DNA of 63,824 nucleotides, counting the filler, from Nemertoderma westbladi (lineage: Eukaryota; Animalia; Xenacoelomorpha): the NCBI GenBank assembly GCA_032718475.1. It is 4 parts of 4 records of this genome, joined end to end, with 100 filler letters (N's around TTAATTAATTAA, not from the genome) between each part and the next. Parts side by side here need not be neighbours in the genome. Positions count along the whole stretch, not along the records: positions 42,621 to 57,486 come from JAUCBJ010005357.1; positions 57,587 to 63,824 come from JAUCBJ010004571.1; 2 more parts are not named here. One strand, 5' to 3'. Made by a program: the position numbers and the translations under genes. The notes under the pieces are model-generated. The model was not told the DNA's origin. It ran no database searches and saw only the letters and a list, made by a program, of their open reading frames with translations. This document shows positions 50,844-63,824 of this stretch, piece after piece (the first letter of the stretch is position 1; each line of letters starts with the position of its first letter).

Positions 50844-52017
50844 GACCGGAATGGTTTTTAACCGTCGATATTACCATGATATTATATTCTGACTGTGCTA
50901 TTATTATGTTCTGTCATTATAGCAACTGACGCTAAAAACTCAGTTATTCCTACGGCCTTCGGCCTCAATATCCAGACTACAGCCTTTCAGCAGCCTATGG
51001 ACACGGCGACGCGTATAGTACGAAACAACACACCAGTCGCGGTTTAGAAACCAACTCCTAGATCCCATCACAGATTTAATGTTTGGTGAGTTTCAGATGG
51101 TATTTAGCAGTAATATTATTGCTTGGTGTAGGCTTGCTTGTCTTCGTAATTATTGCGTTAATTGAGTATAAATTATTTTGTGTTGTAGATACATTGAATT
51201 TAATCATTATTAGCTTCCGTTGGTTGTAGGAATAATCTGGGGCCAATATTTTCCTTGTAGAGAGTAGATTGGATTTTATTGGAGGGAAGTTCCTTTCGGG
51301 AATGGGGTGGGTATATTGGATTTCCTTTGTGGTATGTTTATTTCACCTATTGTAACTATAGCTCTTTATGTGGATAGATGCACTCAGTTGTGTTACTCTA
51401 TTGTCGTAAAGGTCAAACTGGTTATAGCCAGCCTGAATGTTTGTAGAAGTAACAGTGCAGTTTGTTGCTAGGTTATTAATTAACGCATTTGCCAGTAGAT
51501 AATATTGGGTTGGATTTGTTAGTATATAAACCGATATTCTGGGATTCATTTCTTCAGTAGCCTACGGAACCCCAGCCAAGCAGAAGGATGTTTTTTATTA
51601 TTATTATTATTTTAGCGACATAGTTTGGGCAATTTATATTGCGGTTGATTATATGATTATTATTATACCTTAATTATTTATATTATATTCACTATATTGT
51701 CATAATATTTTTACTGATTGTAACATCGTATTGTAAACCATGATAACCTTAAGTATGGAAATATACAGAACTTTATATGATTGTTTTTATAACTTTATTT
51801 TATTGCCGCACCATATTTATTTTACCTACATTCATTCCTACCACTCTGTCAGACACTGTCAGCTAATGGCCCTACCTTTGTTGTCGGCTGATCTCGCTGG
51901 CGCCTCTGTAGTCCCCCACGTCCTCATCCTAACCAAAGTGTGGCTCTTTAAACTGGACGCAAAGAACAGATGATTACTCTCAAAAATTAAAACTCTAACC
52001 TGTTCTATTGTGTTTAG

Positions 52018-52125
52018 TTTATTTTTTTGGCTAAAATAACGTGCCGCTGTAACCTGCTCCTTTCCATAAATTGAGAATTTAACATTGAGGCGGGATATTA
52101 ATTCGCCAAGGCGGGTTTTGAGTCC
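52018..52125 (-). mobile_element. Dispersed SINE-like repeat copy
   Basis: Aligns with 32568-32670. Confidence 0.65.
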
Positions 52126-52172
52126 AGTTTCCCAGTGTTATGTTGTTTGGTTCATTCAATATAATAAATTAA

Positions 52173-52388
52173 ATGGAGCAGCATCTCAAGAGTAAAATGT
52201 ACACCACTAATAAAGGTTATGGTGGTCTAACCAAGAACACATTATTGGATACAGGTTGCCAAGCATCTTTTGTTTCAGTATCTACTGCTCGGAGTATTAT
52301 TAAAGAATTAAAGATCAAACAATCATATGTTTATGCATGGGCTAATAAAGTGCAGATGAGTTCTGCTATCTGTTGGTTCTCGTTTTGA
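52173..52388 (+). pseudogene. Retrotransposon aspartic protease fragment
   Basis: LLDTGCQASFVS. Confidence 0.45.
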
Positions 52389-52879
52389 TATAATTGCACT
52401 TTGGGAAGCTCAGGCAGGTATTTATTGATAGTTGTACAACTAATACAGTAGGTATAACTTGTTGCTAGGTAACAGTTTGAATCAGCTGCTGGTGGGTTAT
52501 ATTTGTACTTGTTTATGTGCGTTTTTATATTTGAATTATTGTTTGTTTATATCATAATATACGGAGGCTTTTGAGTAAAAAAAAAAAAAGGTATAACATA
52601 TGGGTGGTTCGAGATTTCTATGACAATTTTGTAATGATAAAAACTGTAATGATAAAACCGAATAGTCGTATAATTTTTGGTTCAGAACAAGGTGAAACTG
52701 AAGCGGAAAATGGAATGAAAATGTTTTTAAATATTTGGAAATTGGTGCTAATATAATACTGGTAAGGTGTAGGATTACATTCTGAAACGGTCTGAGATTC
52801 AGTTGTGACAGTAATAGACAGTGGGAAGATAGATTATTTGTCCTTTTTGTTGGTAAACAAAATTCCTCGCAGATCAGAA

Positions 52880-54750
52880 TGGACTCAGACTGCCACATTA
52901 TTGGTGACCTGACTGCTCAGCACAATTTGTTGATCCGAACTGCAACTTGCACCCCACTCCAGCGCCTTTACCATGGCTGAGGCAAATGCCGTTGCCCTGA
53001 AACTGCCCACCTTCTGGACTAACCAGCCCGAGGTCTGGTTCACACAGGCCGAGGCACAGTTCGCCATCCGGGGCGTCACAGCCGAAGCCACGAAGTACTA
53101 CTACGTGGTAGGGGCCCTCGACCAAGAAAACGCCAGTTGCCTTCTCCAGCTGATTCGGGAGCCCCCTGCTGTCAACCAGTATGCCCAGATCAAGGCCAAA
53201 CTTAAACTTCTAAAGGTATTCGGACTCTCCCGCCGCGATCACACCACGTGGCTCTGGGACTTGAATGGCCTCGGCGACCGCTGGCCCTCGCAGCTCCTCG
53301 GTGAGATGCAGGCTCTCCTTGGTGACGACCACCACTGCCTGCCTTTCGAGGAGGCGTTCTTCTGCCAGATGCCCGACGCCATCTGCCTCCAACTCACCAA
53401 GGAGGTCTTCCGCGACCTCGACCGCGTCCCAGACTGGGCCGATGCGCTTTGGGAGGCCTTCCACTCCAGCTCCCTCTCCGCTCATGCTGTAGTGACACCA
53501 CCCGTCGTACTGGAGACTAAGACTGCCATCATCACCCCATTTGGCCTTTTCGGGCGCCATGCTCAAGCAGCTGGTCAGCGATTCGTGGCCCCCCCTAGCG
53601 TTCTTCAGCTGACAGTTGAGACCGCCAGATGTGAAGTACAGCGCTTTCGACTGGGAGCTCCTGGCTCTTTACCTCACAGTTCGACACTTCCGGTACTTCC
53701 TGGAGGGGCGCATTTACACCACCTTCACGGATCACAAACCCTTCACGTTCGCTTTCTCTAAGATTACCGACTTGTGGTCCTCCAGACTACAGCGACACAT
53801 TGCATATGAGTCGGAGTTTACCACATCCATCACCCACATCTTGGGGAAAGATAACTGTGTGGCGGATGCCCTCTCCAGGACGCACTTTGGTGCTATACAC
53901 ACCCCCTACCTTGACTACGTCGCCATGGCTGCCACCCAACTCACTGACAGCGAGATGGCCACTTACTGCACCACCATCTAGGGCCTCGAACTGCAGGATG
54001 TCCCCATCGGCCCCTCCTAGGTCATGCTGCTCTGCGACGTCTCTCTCAGCCACCCCCAACCGATTGTCCCAGCCACATGGCGTCGCCACGTCTTCAACAT
54101 CATCCACAACCTCTCGCACCCTGGGGTTCGTACGACTAAGAAAGTTGTCGCTGACTGATTTGTCTGGCATGGCCTCCGGAAACAGGTCGGTCAATGGGCT
54201 ACAACATGTGTGCCATGCCAGACATCTAAGGTACAACACCACATCCGCGCTCCCCTTGGTACCATCGAGACGCCCCATTGCAGCTTCGACCACAATCTGA
54301 TTTAGATCTGGTCGGGCCCCTCCCGCCATCCCACGGGTACACCCACCTCTTATCATCCCACTGGATGCCCCTGGAATGCCCATATGAGGGACCCTACCAA
54401 GACGTTCATACTGGATATCAGGGGTCGCACCGAGACAGTGTCCATCGACTGATTGAAGCCGGTACATCTGGACTGTACCGAGCCGATCGTCCTCGGGCAG
54501 CCACGGCGTTGCGGCCGACCCCCTAGAGTTCCCCCGGACCTTTCCACCACTAAAGTGATGCTGGCATACGCCCAACCGCCGCCCACCCCAGACGCTCCAC
54601 CTGTTTGAACTCGGTCGGGAACGCACTATCCATCCCCCTAACTACCTCTAACTAACTCTTTCTGAGTGTGGGGGGGGGGGGGTCATGTGGTGGTGCCACT
54701 TACAAACTACGCATAGCTGCGTAGGGCATTACAGACTCAGACAGAGTGAC
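52880..54750 (+). mobile_element. Deleted, decayed CsRn1-like Ty3/gypsy retrotransposon
   Basis: LTR end gccaCA and PBS tggtgacc (52902); gag AVALKLPTFWTNQPEVWFTQAEAQF; RT remnant KTAIITPFGLF; RNase H YSAFDWELLA..TDHKP; integrase HHCC and PYEGPY; G-rich PPT then TG at 54686. Confidence 0.88.
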
Positions 54751-54831
54751 TTGAGATATACTGCATACCGGTATCACTCTGCTCAGGTTTTGAATATACG
54801 TATACAGATGTCTGGATACAGCAGTACAGCA

Positions 54832-56005
54832 TGTTCGCGCTTTTAGACCTTTGGCAGTTTAACCCACCAAATTAAGATGTCTTCTAGATATTAAATCTGT
54901 TTTTAGTCTATGACAAGTATTTGATTCACTACACTAGTCGAAACCAATCCGTGCGCGACCATTCACCCGCTGGATATTCCCGGGAGATTGGGTTCGACGG
55001 TTTAATTTTATTGCTATGTAAGCCTAATGTATTATTCGACTGACAGTATTATATAATCTCTGACAATATTATTCACCTTCGGTAATATTAACAGTTCCTT
55101 TAGGACGTGGCGCTTTATCTATATAAACAGAGTTATGACTTAAACTACTCACAACGATATGGCTTAATTATAATTCACATATATGGCGCATTCTTTAGGA
55201 ATTGCTTCTTTAACAGACTCACTCATACACAATGCTGCACAATACTGCACACTAATCTGCCAATCTTCACTGATTTTAGTCACATATAAAAGGAACACAG
55301 ACTGAATCATGTAGGGTCTATCAAATAACATTAGATTCACTTCAAACCACTTTAACATAAGTCACAATCGTTTATCTGTAACCCTTCTCTCTTACCTTCG
55401 GTATATCAAGAATATTGGGTTTCGGGGTTGTTTATCGTTATTCCAAATATAATAATTCATCAACCATATTATGAAGAACTGACAGTAAATAGCAGTATAA
55501 AACAACAACTGAACACTGATTGTTACGAGTTTGCAATGTTTCAGCAGTCAGGATGTATCATCAGTCAGCAGTGATTCCATGAGTCAGGTAGTCGTTAGGT
55601 ATGTTAAAGGATATATGCCCTTTATAATTAAACCTACTAGTGTACGACTAAAAAACAGTAAAGCACAAAATACTTCCAAGCCGTTCTTTCTTTGGCTCAG
55701 GACTGAATGTAAACACTGCACATAGGCATTGCGTCATTTCTCGGAAATTTTCTGTACAAGGAGCCACAAAAACGCTCTCATTGGCTGACTGAACTGAGAG
55801 ACGCCGTAGAACAAAGGAAATCAACACGTATGAATGTCAGCTGTTAACCGTAGTCATAGTAACTACTGTTCAAGAGTAGCTATCACCCCTTTGCGTCACG
55901 AATTGCCATAGAATCATAAAATATGCCTTTCACAGTACACATACGGAGGAAATAGGTCTTAGATCCTCTAAAAACACCGATACAGCAATAATACGGTCTC
56001 TTACA
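54832..56005 (-). mobile_element. LTR (TGtaaga...gcgaaCA, ~1174 bp) related to 43470-44585
   Basis: TG...CA ends and long colinear similarity to the other LTR. Confidence 0.7.
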
Positions 56006-56159
56006 CTTATTAAATCAACTACAGAGTATTTTAATGTAAAAGATAATAAAAATAACGGGGCAATTCAGCAAAGGCTTTTACACCGCTCCCAGAAAATGGG
56101 ATTTTCAGTCTATAAAATATAAAAATCACAGTTTCTAAAACATAAAGATACTCTAAACA

Positions 56160-57486
56160 GTTAGTCTTTCTTACGCAGACGGCGTTTACGCAGTTTTTTG
56201 AGGCTAGCAAGAGTCTTTTTCTCTTTGGGGGGAGCCACTTTACTAGGAGGGCCATAACTCCTGGGTGAAGGGTGCAATATGATTGCATCAGAAGGTGTAG
56301 GATTGTGGTCGAGGTATCTGCCGTTTCGATATGCTTCTCCTCGAGCTGATTTTCCTCCGCTCGTAGCTGGATACGTTCATCCAAAAACTCTCGCAGAGAA
56401 TAGGATCGTCCAAGTTCGATAACTTCTTAGAGATTCTGGATTTCCCAATCGAATTGAGATAAGGCCAATTCGTTTATCGATTGGACTCACTGTTATAACT
56501 TACGTTTATCTGAACAAACGCAGGTTTCCTTTTTGATCTTTATAAAATAGCGTTTAACTCGTTTCGTACAACGCTCTCCTTCCCCTTGATGAGGGGTTGT
56601 ATCGCGTTAAACGTGGACGACCATACGGTTGGATAGTGATATTAGGTGTCCGCGTCACAATCCGGCTAGGTAAGATGGGCGGCTAGCTAGAAATCACTGT
56701 CGGAGTGTTACCGATTAATTGTTAGGGTAGCACTAGATCTTTGAACAGTGAATACAGTCCGCGAGGATCCGCGACACCACCAAGATCGCAGGTCTGAGGT
56801 CCAACTAAGGAATGAGGAGGTTTGACCGAGTATTCCGGGACTCTGATCGTAGGTTTACTCCAGGATCGTTCGAGCCGAGTGAGCATAGGTGATACGTCAA
56901 CAAGTTTCGGTTTACGTGGATGTTTATGTCTTTCCGTTTATTAGTTGGGTCTAGGGCATTTATCGTAATAATACCAAAGACGCACGTCTGGTAGGGGAAA
57001 CGCGGGTGATATTTATTTGTTGTTACAATGCTTCTATCAAGAATTCCAAATATACGTTGGAGTTACCGCGTTTATTTGTTTCTTTAATGCTTTTTCTTTC
57101 GAGCCGATTTCGAATAGAATTTTCGCATTCGAATTTCAATTTATGGTTCCTACTCCGCTGGGCAGGATATATAGTCGACATAGTCCGTATTGTGTAAATC
57201 GATAGGATGATCAGTAGTTAAGAAGCCCATATACGTACCATTACGCTGCGTATATCGAGCAGCGAATTTTCTATAGTCCAACTCGAGCAAGCTGCTCTTG
57301 GGACATTGGCGGTTCGATATAACGACCATCGTCCTCCGCAGCAGTTGGGCTAACGTCGCCGCGTATTAAGCTATCAACAAACGCTTGTAAAAGTAGAGTG
57401 TATCGCTCCCCGATACCAAGACCATCTTCTATCAACTCCGTCATATCTGCTATATATGAGTTTATCCATATTATAATGAGTTTGTA
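56160..57486 (-). pseudogene. Decayed unidentified ORF upstream of the LTR, ending in the same basic tail as 42621-43304
   Basis: Ends ...PSDAIILHPSPRSYGPPSKVAPPKEKKTLASLKKLRKRRLRKKD*; upstream part has stops and frameshifts. Confidence 0.5.
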
Positions 57487-58339
57487 NNNNNNNNNNNNNN
57501 NNNNNNNNNNNNNNNNNNNNNNNNNNNNNNTTAATTAATTAANNNNNNNNNNNNNNNNNNNNNNNNNNNNNNNNNNNNNNNNNNNNTACAAATTGTGTGA
57601 TTCATAATTCTTCGCTACGTGACTAATTATTAATTAAACTAATCATTAGTCTCATTTTAACCGTCTTCCTAGCATGTAGACCAACGGTAATGACAATAAT
57701 GTAACTTTTAATTTTCGCCAAATTCGAAAATAAAGTGGCTCTAAAAAATTTTCTACAGCTTCATTAGGTGCCAAACGTCAACCACTCGTTATATAACATA
57801 TTTTGAACATTTTCACAAAATATTTTTGAAATCTGCGATATAGTGCCACACCGATTTGTTGTTGTTGCATGGAATGAGCCATAAGTGTGAACAATGACGC
57901 TAGCTCTCTCTAATAAGTCTATAAAGTTTATATAATAGAAGGCAAGTTATTTCTACTGTAAATGAAAACTCGCAATTGATATAGCTCAATTTACACGAAA
58001 TAGAATAAACATTCTGTAGTAAATTGAACACATACCACAACACTACTGCGGTTTCCATATCAATTGGGCGATTCGAAATACAAACTAAAGTTTAAGTTAA
58101 CATAATGGATTTTCAGCGGTACCATACACACAGCATTACATCGCCATGGGTCGGGCTATTTTACTTAAAAAAAATGTACCCGCTACAGTATAATTAATAT
58201 GTTGAACTACAAACTACACCCCCAATGCCAAATGGGCCAAAGAGAATTCGGATTTAGAGTAATAATAATTAGATTAATAATTTTAACATTTATATTTGTT
58301 ATTGCAGGTGCCTTTGTGCGAAAGTGTGCGAAATTTAGA

Positions 58340-58424
58340 CAGCCTTTAGTCGGATTTGAACCCGCGCCGCCAAACACTATTATGAAAGCAGTTCAGGTGC
58401 TGTATCCAATTGGACACTGGGACA
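58340..58424 (-). mobile_element. tRNA-derived SINE head / tRNA pseudogene
   Basis: Minus strand has A-box tgtccaattgg and B-box ggttcaaatcc; acceptor stem does not close properly. Confidence 0.55.
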
Positions 58425-58807
58425 TATAATTGTTTGGGCTTGGGGGTAGATAGGTGGGGCTGCGGGAGTGGGTGGGTATGTCTTTGAGCCCACATTGAAC
58501 AAATTGTGTGGTAATTCTGTAATTTGAACATGTTTCTTATCGCCAGTAGTGGCAAATCGCCTGGTTACCGGAGTGGTACTGTATGTTGATCAGCGCCATC
58601 AGCGGTATACCGCAACGGTACTGTTGGTCTATCTGTTGACGGTTAATTCAACAGGAAATGCCATGTACATTTTGAGTCATTCACAGTCAATGGTAATGAA
58701 GATCATTTACCACTCAGGCAGTCAGATACGCAGGTCTACCGTTCGCTGAACCGTGGGTCGTTCATATGTACTCAATGGTGTACCGCTCATTTGAATGAGA
58801 ACATACT

Positions 58808-59815
58808 TTATTTATTTTATTTTATTTATTTACACGAGGGATCAAGTAGTTAAAAACAGAACATAACACAATACAATACACGAATAAAACAATCGGTCAA
58901 ACAAACACAACATCATAGTAGTTAAGTAACTTGTACATAAGGTAAACAGCAAAACGAATAAAAATAAAACACGGACATGTAAAAAGTAATGTACTGTAGT
59001 TGTCGGTAGCTAAAACAAGTGGTCGTGGGAGAGAACCACCCAGGCTCAGGGCACTTATGGGTGTGAATAATTGTATACATAGTGATTAATATAAAAAATG
59101 GTGATGATCGAAAATGAAATTAAAAATAAAAAAAAGTAAAGAAAAAAAAAACTGGAATCAACGAGTGAATTTTGCGTGGGTAAGTAAGTCCGTTTTTAAT
59201 AATTGCACGGAGAAAATATTTATACTTTTGGCATCAACAGCTTGTGCTGGTAATGAGTTCCATACGGGCACAACACGGTGAGAAAATGAATGCTTACAGA
59301 TTTAAAGTCTACATTGGGGAACATACAGTTTATGATTATGACCACGTAGACCAGCTCTTGGGGCACTTGTGAACATCTTATTGAAATCTATATCTACTAA
59401 ACCATGCTTTATACGATACAACATTTTGAGGTCGAAAATAATTCTACGCACCTCTAACGGTTGCACAGATAGATACTGTATGCGATTGAGGTAACTGACA
59501 TACGGTAGTTTGCAGCGAGCGTACAATCGTCTGGTAAAGTACCGTTGTACTTTCTCAACAAGGTCAATACTTTTTTTTGTGAAAGGGGACCATATGGGTG
59601 TGCAATATTCCAGCAACGGTCTTACCAGAGTCTTGTATGCTGTTAGCAGGGCTTTAATATTAGCTGTCCGTACACTACGAAATATCCAGTTCAGTATTTT
59701 GTACGCTTTTGCAACTTGTTCCCTACAGTATTTATCAAATTTGAGGTCCGTACACACGATTAAACCTAGATCCTTACAGTATGTATCTGATTTAAGCACT
59801 GCACCATTTAAATTA
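58808..59815 (-). mobile_element. 3' end of a CR1/L2-group LINE with an (aataa)n tail
   Basis: KDLGLIV..DLKF, AYKTLVRPLLEYCTPIWSP, LVEKVQRYFTR, LRGHNHKL, then FSHRVVPVWNSLP; tail at 58808-58830. Confidence 0.88.
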
Positions 59816-60946
59816 TAAACAAATTTATATTTAAATAATCTATATCATATATATCAATATGGTCTGTTGGTCCTATGGTCATTCGGGTACTGCCTGACAG
59901 CCTGGCCGATGTACTACTGTACTAGCTAACTGGCAGACTGGATTGGAACTAATTCTGTTACTGCAGTACTGGTAGCAATTAAAGTTAGGTCTGCAGTCTT
60001 GGGTAAGTGGAAGACTGTCAGACTCATAGGCCTACAGCTGTACAGCGAAAGACAGTCAGACAACAGGACACTGGGACAATGCAACAGCAATAGGCAGATA
60101 GGCCTACAGTACGGCCATACCATAATACAGTCGGCAGTACAGTCTGCCAGTAGACGTTGATCAGTTCGCAGACGGACGTCTGGTCGCTGGTGTCTGGCTG
60201 TATGTTTGCCTTGCCTATCCATGTAGCTTGTAGCTATGCATCATGCAGCACAAATACTTTTTGCCGGAGCTCCTGCACCTAATTTGACCGGAGCTGGACA
60301 TGCCAAGTCCGGCCGGAGACCCGGAGTCGGAGCCGGAGCTCCGGTCGAACCCTACTGTACATGCACAATCCCACAAAATGTCCCATTTCATTGAGACACA
60401 GTCCATAGGTCCTTATGAACAGTTTCATCATTATAAGTTGAAATTATAATGAAATAAACATATAATAATAATAATTCTGCGGACCAAAGGAGCTTCATGA
60501 CGCACGTGACGTGATATCCAAGATATTAGGGCAGACAATATCGGATGCAACAATTATAAAAATGTATTGTTTTATAGAAAATGTATATTTTTGTATCAAA
60601 TTATTGTATACGAACTAAAAAAATCAAATTAAATGTAAAATTATAATTGTACACAACCAAGCCCTTTCCAATATATAACAAAAACTGCCATCCGCCCACC
60701 CCACAAGCACAGCACAATGAACTAAAACCTAACACGCACCACATTGCACCGACACATATTATTATTGACAACATTCAACAATCGTATTCGCACAGTTATT
60801 TTTACAAGCAAATGATTAAACAATATTATCAGATTGATTAGCATTATTACCTAGGATTTTCATTTTATAGTCAATAATTCATAACTATTCAAAAGACAAA
60901 TTATTACGATGTTTCCTCAAACTGTATTGCTTTAACAGTACAGTAT

Positions 60947-63288
60947 TACTTCTGGGATGCTTTCCTTTGGAGTTTCATTACATTAAATCTACTTTTAATT
61001 TGGGTCAGTGTCATCTAGGGAAATATGGGTGCTGCAGACCTTAGTCTTCTATCAGTCATGCGACATATGCCTTCTCTAGCTCCCTAGCAAAATGTTCTTT
61101 TAACTTAGAATTCTGTTCAGAAGTCCATAGCACCTTAGATCTCTTGCTTGATCCAACGGTTTGATTTAACACTTTGGAAAGAATTATCTTGGCATTGCCA
61201 CACTCACGATTAGTATTTTCTTCCCTTGACTTAATGGGTGAACCTTCAGAATCACTCAACTGATATGAACCAGCCAGTTGGTACTGAGCAGCCTTGAGTA
61301 TCCTCTCATAGGCCTCTACAGCCTGTTTGTTACTTTGGGTCGCATCATATATCCGACGCTGTGTTTCATTTGAATGTCCCATATGTGCAGAAACATTAGT
61401 TATGTCATCCAGAAATCTCGGATTTAGGAAACCTCGTAGATGGCGTATACTTGTTTTCCTTGCTTTCCGATTCAGGCATTACAAACTTCCAGATTCGTTT
61501 CATAATACCTGCATTTGTTGTAATAACTTGTCCGCTGGGTTTTAGGAATACATTGTCATACGTGATACACTCAGCAGGTGTATACTGACTTCGCCCATGC
61601 AAAATCCATATCGTTAATAATTTCATCATTGACTCATTCATTGTCACCTTTATGGGGTCATTCTGTTTCGTTTAATGTTTATAAATATTAACGACATAAT
61701 TCTTACCTTCTTGTTCAACGTTATTGACATCTTGTAAGGTCATGGTTAAAATAGCCCCTGCTCTTGTACCATTTCTAAAAGTTAAGAGAGCCATAATATA
61801 TGCCGCCAGATGCCATAATTGAATTTGGGTGTTTGTAGGTGGAAGAGTAGGCAGTTTCATTATCAAATTCTTAATTTGAGTTGCGATTGGAGATGTATAA
61901 ATGAAATATTCCATTTCTGATGCATTGGGCATTTCCTTGCAGGCTTTATTCTTAACAATGAAGCTTCTGGCAAGAAGCTGCTTCTTCTGCCGTTTGATTA
62001 TCAAATCTATTATCATTTTCGCATGATTTATATCACTACGCATATCCACTAAATCACGCCTTTGCAATAAGAATGTTATAAACAGAAGCAACTTTTGTAG
62101 ATAAATTCTGAGTGTAGTAACTTCCCGTACTTTGCCACCTCGTACCTTTTCTTTCATTAATTGAACATATGTATATTGGATATTCCGATCCAATTACATA
62201 TCTTGTAGCTCTAGGTCTAAACTGCTGTCAACCTTTTTAATAATACAATTATCCATAAGCTCATCGAATTTTTGCACACAAACAACAGAAAAATCAATTT
62301 GGTTTTCATCCTCAATAGGGGACAATGGACCATTTAGGTACTTAATAAAGTCAAGTTTGTAGGGAAAATAAGAAAATCTGGGTCGACATGGTTCCGTAGT
62401 GGGTACAGCTTACCTTTGCTGATCATTCAGAATTGCCTCACGGTCTGGGTTTTTTAGTTTCTTTCCCTCCATAGAAATACATCTAGGCATATTATGGAAT
62501 GATGTTAAATGCTCAGGAAGACGCATAAAATAACTTGAACACAGGCTACACCGGGAAACTCTTCTCTTCTTCTTTATGTCAGCTCTACGACTAGACACTG
62601 AAAGAAATCTAACTTCAATCCACCTAATCCAGCTTATGTGTTTTTCGAATATGTCTTGACTTGATATATCAATAACCAACTTGTTAAACTTACAGCATTT
62701 TCGTTTTTTCCTTATTCTACCCTTATGGTTTGTAAAACATAATGGCTTCGGCCCCATGTGTGCAGTTGCAGATTCAACCACATCTGATGGTGGAATAATA
62801 TCCTCCGAATTCGACTCCTTATCTAACTCAGAATGCGCAGCATTACTTGAAACTTCCATATCTACATTAGCACGATTGCTACACCGACGCTTATGCCTAA
62901 TCAGTCCAGGAATGTAATCAGGATCAACTCTTCGATTTTCAATAGCTTTAGATTTTTCTCGCTGTATGTGAACCACACTTTTTTCCATGGCATCTATTGT
63001 ATCCAAGTTATGTTCCATTTCAAAGTGGTTATGAATGTTTCTTGTTGGAACATTACATAAAGGGCATGATGTAATTTTCATCTGTGGGTTAGGACCAGAT
63101 GGCCTTTGTGGTACCGGTATTTCTTTCTCCGAATAAGAATATGAACCGGTGCCAGTGGTGTCATCAGTCAATAAAATATCTGCATCACTAGTATCTGAAC
63201 TGTAACCATATATATTATGAAATGTTGCATATAGCAGTTGAATAGGAGTTTTCTTCTTATTGTAAACATTCCGCATAAACTTCGGCAT
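60947..63288 (-). mobile_element. Decayed tyrosine-recombinase (Crypton-like) ORF with N-terminal C2H2 fingers and a C-terminal Myb/SANT-like segment
   Basis: ORFs 62410-63288, 61672-62193 and 61405-61647 share one frame, separated by single stops; NGTRAG, YKH*T, TRFPKS, HMGHS..TQRRIYD; CPLC..HNHFEMEH and CSLC..EHLTSFH. Confidence 0.75.
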
Positions 63289-63824
63289 ATATTGGTGGTC
63301 ATTGTTGGTTGGTCGGCATATGAGAAAAATAATCTGAAATGATATTCCAGATTTGACATAGGGCTTGTTGAAAAGTTAACTGAGGCGTCGGAGGCGTCGG
63401 TTTGCTCGGAGGTGTTGGGAGGATGTTAATTTGGTTATTAATGATGTTGGTCTCAAGTTGCCGTTGTTGTACTGGTGTTGGTGTTGTGGGGGCGGGGGAT
63501 GGGAAATGTTGCATATAGCAGTTGCAATAGGAGTTTTCCTCTTATTGTAAACAATCGGCATAAACTTCGGCATATATTGTTGGTCATTGTTGTTTGGTCG
63601 GCATATGAAAAAAATAATCTGAAATGATATTCCAGATTTGACATAGGGCTTGTTTAAAAGTTAACTGAGGCGTTGGAGGCGCCTGAGGTGTCGGATTGCT
63701 CGGAGGTGTTGGGAGGATGTTAATTTGGTTATTAATGATGTTGGTCTCAAGTTGCCGTTGTTGTGCTGGTGTTGGTGTTGCGGGGGCGGGGGATGGGAAA
63801 TGTTGCATATAGCAGTTGCAATAG
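63221..63824. repeat. ~285-293 bp tandem repeat (2 full units plus start of a third), truncated by window end
   Basis: aatgttgcatatagcagttg at ~63221, 63506, 63799. Confidence 0.9.

Noticed and set aside
55535-55575. Hammerhead on the minus strand within the LTR
   Set aside because: CUGAUGA and GAAA are present but stem II and the cleavage-site geometry do not form
43160-56305. One giant TIR element (Maverick/Polinton-like) spanning the contig
   Set aside because: Arms are too diverged, end inward at a shared ...aaCA like LTR 3' ends, and no polB, integrase or capsid genes are seen
58340-58424. Functional tRNA gene
   Set aside because: A and B boxes are present but the acceptor and anticodon stems do not form convincingly
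62405-62415. Splice donor AG|GTAAG in the YR element
   Set aside because: The frame continues directly past the TAA, so a point-mutation stop is the simpler explanation

Overview
AT-rich animal (invertebrate-like) genomic DNA in four contigs (1-23010, 23111-42520, 42621-57486, 57587-63824) joined by 100-nt N spacers carrying a TTAATTAATTAA linker, so adjacency across the spacers is unproven. Three host genes are recognisable: an AP-2 transcription factor (TFAP2; CDS 9354-10077 + 18204-18808, probable 5' UTR exon ending at 2704), ERCC6/CSB (33450-34866 + 35499-37900), and the last exon of a probable globin with a long C-terminal tail (minus, 40815-41366). The rest is mostly transposon relics: RTE-like and CR1-like LINEs, BEL/Pao and CsRn1-like gypsy elements, two related convergent LTRs with an unidentified adjacent ORF, a tyrosine-recombinase (Crypton-like) element, SINE/MITE pieces and minisatellites. 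The most striking signal is that all three complete introns inferred here (0.6, 6.5 and 8.1 kb) have about 40 nt at their 5' end complementary to a segment just upstream of their 3' AG, with a different sequence in each intron. This suggests structure-guided pairing of splice sites. A hammerhead-ribozyme-bearing inverted repeat hit by nested insertions is also notable. All alignments were done by eye; no searches were run.
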